Positions 59,713 to 64,000 of a stretch of 64,000 nt of DNA are shown here, piece by piece. Numbering within the stretch: the stretch's first letter is position 1; every line of letters starts with the position of its first letter. The notes below the pieces were generated by a model, which saw only the letters and a list, made by a program, of their open reading frames with translations, made no database searches and was not told the origin of the DNA. Position numbers and translations under genes: made by a program. Source of the stretch: an uncultured Pelagibacteraceae bacterium (GTDB lineage Bacteria > Pseudomonadota > Alphaproteobacteria > Pelagibacterales > AG-422-B15); the NCBI GenBank assembly GCA_902564295.1, contig CACFAO010000001.1:25051-89050 (forward strand), in the 5' to 3' direction.

Positions 59713-60724
59713 TTCTGTGTAGTCCTACAATGTCATATACATCATTAATTGTTTTTCGGGCAACTTGATTTGCTTTGTTTTGACCATCTAACAAGATTTC
59801 TGAAAGATAGTCTATGTCTTGCATCAGTTTTTTAACTTCTGTTGTTATAGGATTTAGTCTTTCTACCAACACATCAGATAAATCAGACTTAAATTTTGAA
59901 AAATTTTGACCTTCATATTGTTTAACTAGCTTATGTTTTTCAATTTCAGCAAAACCTGAATAGATATTTAGTAAGTTATTAACCTCAGCTAATTTTTGTA
60001 CTTCCTCAATTTTTCCTGGCATCACCACATCTGCAGTTTTTGCTTTTTTTATCTTTTTTATAATGTCATCACTCTCATCTAAAAGACTTATGCGTGAGTA
60101 TTCAGATAGATCTGATTTACTCATTTTTTGACTTCCATCTTTAAGAGACATAATTCTTGAAATATTCTTATCTATAATTGGCTCAGGGATCGGAAAAAAA
60201 TTCTCACAATTAAAATCGCGATTAAATTTCTGTGCGATGTCTCTAGTGAGTTCAAGATGCTGCTTTTGATCATCGCCAACTGGAACGTGTGTTGCTTTAT
60301 AAACTAGTATGTCAGCAGCCATTAAATTAGGATAAATAAATAGACCTGAACTGGCATTCTCTTTATCTTTCCCAGCTTTGTCTTTGAACTGTGTCATTCG
60401 ACTCAGCCATCCCATTCTTGTAACGCAATTAAATATCCAAGCTAACTCTGAATGAGCGGATACACTACTTTGATTAAATATTACACTGTTCTTTGGATCA
60501 ATACCGGATGCAATATAAGTTGCTGCAACTTCTAAAGTATTTCTTTTTAAAATCTTAGGGTCTTGTTTCACAGTTATTGCATGTAAATCAACTATGCAAA
60601 AAAAACAATTATAGTTATTTTGCATGTTTACAAAATTTTTAATTGCCCCAAGATAATTACCAATATGGAGATCACCTGATGGTTGAACACCTGATAAAAC
60701 AGTATTATTATTAATTGTACTCAT
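59702..60724 (-). CDS. trpS: Tryptophan-tRNA ligase
   Basis: The class I motifs HIGNYLG (HIGH) and KMSKS are present, with ..GVQPSG.. at the N-terminus. Confidence 0.96.
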   Translation of the reverse strand: MSTINNNTVLSGVQPSGDLHIGNYLGAIKNFVNMQNNYNCFFCIVDLHAITVKQDPKILKRNTLEVAATYIASGIDPKNSVIFNQSSVSAHSELAWIFNCVTRMGWLSRMTQFKDKAGKDKENASSGLFIYPNLMAADILVYKATHVPVGDDQKQHLELTRDIAQKFNRDFNCENFFPIPEPIIDKNISRIMSLKDGSQKMSKSDLSEYSRISLLDESDDIIKKIKKAKTADVVMPGKIEEVQKLAEVNNLLNIYSGFAEIEKHKLVKQYEGQNFSKFKSDLSDVLVERLNPITTEVKKLMQDIDYLSEILLDGQNKANQVARKTINDVYDIVGLHRNEA

Positions 60725-62259
60725 TTTTGTAAAATCTTTTTAATTTCAGAATATTTAAACGGCTTGTAAAATGAAATTAGAATAAAATAAAGCAATATTG
60801 AAGAAAGTACTGAAAATAAAAGAAATATAATTTCATAGTCTTGAAGAAAATTAAATAGAATTTCCAAATAGTTTTCTAAAAAAATTAAATACAGATACAT
60901 GATAAACGATACAATAATAATAATTGTGCCAGGAAAGATAATTCTTTTACTAATTTGGTAATAATTATTTTTATACAAGCTATAGTTCATTAATAAAACG
61001 CTTATCCATGCTGATATGCTAGTAGCTATCGGAATTCCAACAAAACCTAAATTGACAAATAAGACTATGCTTAATGTTGTGTTTATAACTAAATTTATTG
61101 CAGTAATAGACAAGGGAGGTCTTGCATTTTCATATGCAAAAAATATTGGTGTATAAATTTTCATTAAAATAAATGCTACAAGACCTAAAGAATAGAATTT
61201 GAGAGCTTTAGAAGTAAACAGTGAAGAGTTTTCGTTAAATTCACCTCTTTCGAAAAGTACGGCTATTATTTGCTCTGAAAGTGCAAAAATTCCTACAGAT
61301 GCAGGAACCGCGAGCAGCAATGAGTAAACTAATGTTTGTTCTATTGTTTCATGAATTTTTTCAAAACTCTCTGATCTTATCTTACTTGAAATTGAGGGCA
61401 GCATGGCAACACCGATTGCTATGCCAATAAGGGCAAGAGGTAATTGGTAGATGCGATCAGCATAATAAAGGTACGAAATGGCGCCACTCTCGTATGAGGC
61501 AATAATTGTTCCAATTAAAATATTTATCTGCAACAGTCCAGATGAAAAAAAACTTGCTGTAAACAACTTTACAAAACGCTTAACGTAACTAGTGTATATT
61601 TTCCTAGAAAAGAAAAAAAATATTTTTTCTCTAGCTAGAGCAATAATAAGAAATACGATCTGTAAAAGACCTGCAACAATAACGCTCCAGGATAAGAATG
61701 TTAAAAAATCAGCCGCTGTATAAGCGGCAGTGATCAGTGCTATTATCAATGTTATATTTAATATTATTGGAAGAGCTGCTGACAATGCAAACTTGTTATG
61801 TGAATTAAGAATTGATGAACAAATTGATGAAATACTTATTAAAATTAAAAAGGGAAAAATAATTCTTGCAACTGCAACTAGCTCATTAAATTTATCATTA
61901 TCGTTTGTAAATCCAGGGGCTAAAATTGCAACAAAGGATGGCATAAAAACTTCAATTATTAGAACCACCAGAGATGAAGCTACTAAAAAAATCAGAAAAA
62001 TGCTTCCTGAAAATTTTTTTGACTCATGACTTAGATTGTCTTTAATTAATTTAGTATAAATAGGTACGAATGCTGAGTTAAGTGCTCCTTCTGAAAAAAT
62101 TCTTCGAAACGTATTTGGCAGCCTAAAAGCAACAAAGAAAATATCAGCTATTACTCCTGTCCCTAAAAAGTTAGCAATCAAAATATCTCTTAAAAAACCA
62201 AAAACTCTACTTATCGATGTAAATAAAGAATAAATAAGTGAGGACCTTATAACGTTCAT
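60721..62259 (-). CDS. murJ: Lipid II flippase MurJ (MviN)
   Basis: The 512-aa protein has about 14 TM segments and a MurJ N-terminal pattern (..SR..GF.RD...A..FG.G...D.FFVAFR.PN..RR.F.EGA...AF.P). Confidence 0.9.
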   Translation of the reverse strand: MNVIRSSLIYSLFTSISRVFGFLRDILIANFLGTGVIADIFFVAFRLPNTFRRIFSEGALNSAFVPIYTKLIKDNLSHESKKFSGSIFLIFLVASSLVVLIIEVFMPSFVAILAPGFTNDNDKFNELVAVARIIFPFLILISISSICSSILNSHNKFALSAALPIILNITLIIALITAAYTAADFLTFLSWSVIVAGLLQIVFLIIALAREKIFFFFSRKIYTSYVKRFVKLFTASFFSSGLLQINILIGTIIASYESGAISYLYYADRIYQLPLALIGIAIGVAMLPSISSKIRSESFEKIHETIEQTLVYSLLLAVPASVGIFALSEQIIAVLFERGEFNENSSLFTSKALKFYSLGLVAFILMKIYTPIFFAYENARPPLSITAINLVINTTLSIVLFVNLGFVGIPIATSISAWISVLLMNYSLYKNNYYQISKRIIFPGTIIIIVSFIMYLYLIFLENYLEILFNFLQDYEIIFLLFSVLSSILLYFILISFYKPFKYSEIKKILQK

Positions 62260-62381
62260 ATAAACATTGTGTATTAATCTATTTTGATTTAAATAACTTC
62301 AAAAATAAAGGTTCATTCAATATATATCTTTTGAAATTGAAAAGCAGGTAAAAACCTATATAAAATCCAAAAAAAGAAAAT

Positions 62382-64000
62382 ATGACAAAAAAAGATAGAG
62401 AAGAGCATTTCAGCGAAAAAGAAGCATTAGTGTTTCATACCCAAGGTAAGCCAGGCAAAATAGAAATTAAAGCTACGAAACCTTTAGAGACACAAAGAGA
62501 CCTATCATTAGCTTACTCTCCTGGTGTTGCGGCTCCTGTAAATGCTATAGCAGAAGATATAAGCACTGTTTACGACTATACAAGCAAGGGTAATATAGTT
62601 GCAGTAATATCAAATGGAACTGCAATATTAGGCCTTGGAAACCTAGGAGCTCATGCATCAAAACCAGTTATGGAAGGAAAATCTGTTTTATTTAAAAGAT
62701 TTTCGGATATCGACTCAATAGATTTAGAAATTGATACCGAGGATGCTGAAAAATTTATTAACTCTGTAAAGTATTTAGGACCATCTTTTGGAGGAATAAA
62801 CCTTGAAGACATTAAAGCTCCTGAATGTTTTATAATCGAAGACTCACTAAGAGAACAAATGGACATACCTATTTTCCATGATGATCAACATGGAACAGCA
62901 ATTATTTCTGCTGCAGCACTTATTAATGCAATGGACCTTACAGGAAAAAAAATTAATGAAGCCAAAATTGTTGTTAATGGAGCGGGTGCTGCAGGCATTG
63001 CATGTCTGGAGCTCTTAAAAGCGATGGGTATGCCACATGAAAATGCAATATTATGTGATACCAAAGGAGTTATTCATACTGAAAGAAAAGAAAATATGAA
63101 CCAGTGGAAATCTGCACATGCAGTGAAAACAAAGTGTAGAACTCTTGAAGATGCATTAAATGGAGCTGATATTTTTTTTGGCCTCTCAATTGGTAATATC
63201 ATTAGTCAAAAAATGGTTTTATCTATGGCAGAAAAACCAATTATTTTTGCAATGGCTAATCCTGAACCTGAAATATTACCTGAAAAGATTAAAGAATGTA
63301 GAAAAGACGCGATTATTGCAACTGGAAGATCAGATTATCCTAATCAGGTTAATAATGTCTTAGGATTCCCCTATATATTTAGAGGTGCATTAGATGTAAG
63401 GGCAAAAACAATTAATCTTGAAATGAAGATTGCTGCGGCTAAAGCAATAGCTGATCTAGCCAAGGAAGATGTACCAGATGAGGTAGCCAATGCTTATCCT
63501 GGGAAAAGACCTCAATACGGTCCAGATTACATTATTCCCTCTCCCTTTGATCCAAGACTTATTAGTAAGGTTCCTCCAGCAGTTGCTAGAGCCGCTATGG
63601 ATACTGGTGTTGCAAGGAAAGCAATTGTTGATATTGAAAGTTACTCGAATGAATTATCTGCTAGACTCAATCCTTCTGCTGGTCTTCTACAAAAAGTTTT
63701 TCAAGAAGTAAAAGAAAATCCAAAAAGAGTAATTTTTACTGAAGGTGAAGAAGAAGACATGATCAGAGCTGCAGTAATTTTTCTCAACAATAGAATGGGT
63801 ACTCCGATATTAATTGGAAGAGATGACGTCATAAAAGATAAAATGCAGGAAATGGGATTAGATTTTTTTGATCAAATGGAAATTCACAGTACTAGGAATA
63901 AATCTGAACATGACAGGTATGCCGAACATATCTATCATCGTTTACAGAGAAAAGGATTTTTAAAAAAGGATTGTTTAGATCTACTCAATCGGGAAAGAAA
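62382..64000 (+). CDS. maeB: NADP-dependent malic enzyme (MaeB type with a C-terminal phosphotransacetylase-like domain); the 3' end runs beyond the window
   Basis: Hand translation from the ATG at 62382 gives MTKKDREEHFSEKEALVFHTQGKPGKIEIKATKPLETQRDLSLAYSPGVAAPV...GTAILGLGNLGA.ASKPVMEGK..LFK.F..ID...NGAGAAGIAC.., followed by the PTA-like region RVIFTEGEEEDMIRAA... The frame is open to the window end, so the gene is absent from the ORF track. Confidence 0.93.
   Translation, partial: MTKKDREEHFSEKEALVFHTQGKPGKIEIKATKPLETQRDLSLAYSPGVAAPVNAIAEDISTVYDYTSKGNIVAVISNGTAILGLGNLGAHASKPVMEGKSVLFKRFSDIDSIDLEIDTEDAEKFINSVKYLGPSFGGINLEDIKAPECFIIEDSLREQMDIPIFHDDQHGTAIISAAALINAMDLTGKKINEAKIVVNGAGAAGIACLELLKAMGMPHENAILCDTKGVIHTERKENMNQWKSAHAVKTKCRTLEDALNGADIFFGLSIGNIISQKMVLSMAEKPIIFAMANPEPEILPEKIKECRKDAIIATGRSDYPNQVNNVLGFPYIFRGALDVRAKTINLEMKIAAAKAIADLAKEDVPDEVANAYPGKRPQYGPDYIIPSPFDPRLISKVPPAVARAAMDTGVARKAIVDIESYSNELSARLNPSAGLLQKVFQEVKENPKRVIFTEGEEEDMIRAAVIFLNNRMGTPILIGRDDVIKDKMQEMGLDFFDQMEIHSTRNKSEHDRYAEHIYHRLQRKGFLKKDCLDLLNRER

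Overview
This is a visibly AT-rich segment (roughly 30% G+C by eye, not computed) with very high gene density: about 58 CDS in 64 kb, and most gene junctions overlap or sit less than 50 nt apart. Gene order is alphaproteobacterial core synteny: ubiB-ubiE / mutM-rpsT-dnaA-dnaN-recF-gyrB; irr / fabA-fabB-fabI; nusA-infB-rbfA-truB-rpsO-pnp; tsaB-fur-plsC-miaB-phoH-ybeY-corC-lnt-metK-trmB; and pckA / chvI-chvG ... ahcY. The composition, the compaction, the frequent lack of Shine-Dalgarno sequences and the loss of accessory genes from otherwise conserved clusters fit a streamlined marine SAR11/Pelagibacterales-type chromosome; this is an inference, with no database search possible. I found no rRNA, tRNA, CRISPR array, transposase, integrase, phage gene or recognisable defence gene. 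I do not see a convincing new multi-gene system, and the window is mostly housekeeping. The most interesting loci are listed here. (1) A cysteine-free rubrerythrin, a CCG-domain Fe-S oxidoreductase and a DUF3501 protein form an operon with a near-consensus Irr 'iron control element' upstream and an internal hairpin. (2) An RND-superfamily exporter and a 399-aa di-iron protein of unknown function are transcribed divergently and share a 232-bp control region containing a perfect palindrome. (3) The nusA operon lacks rimP and has a weak hairpin plus U-tract in an obligatory leader. (4) One gene fuses a cytidylyltransferase to a phosphomannose-isomerase-type cupin. (5) A 58-aa zf-CHCC gene below the ORF-track cutoff abuts the polA start. 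(6) A YadG-like ABC ATPase has no adjacent permease. All protein calls rest on motif and family recognition from the supplied translations or my own hand translation; none was verified by search.
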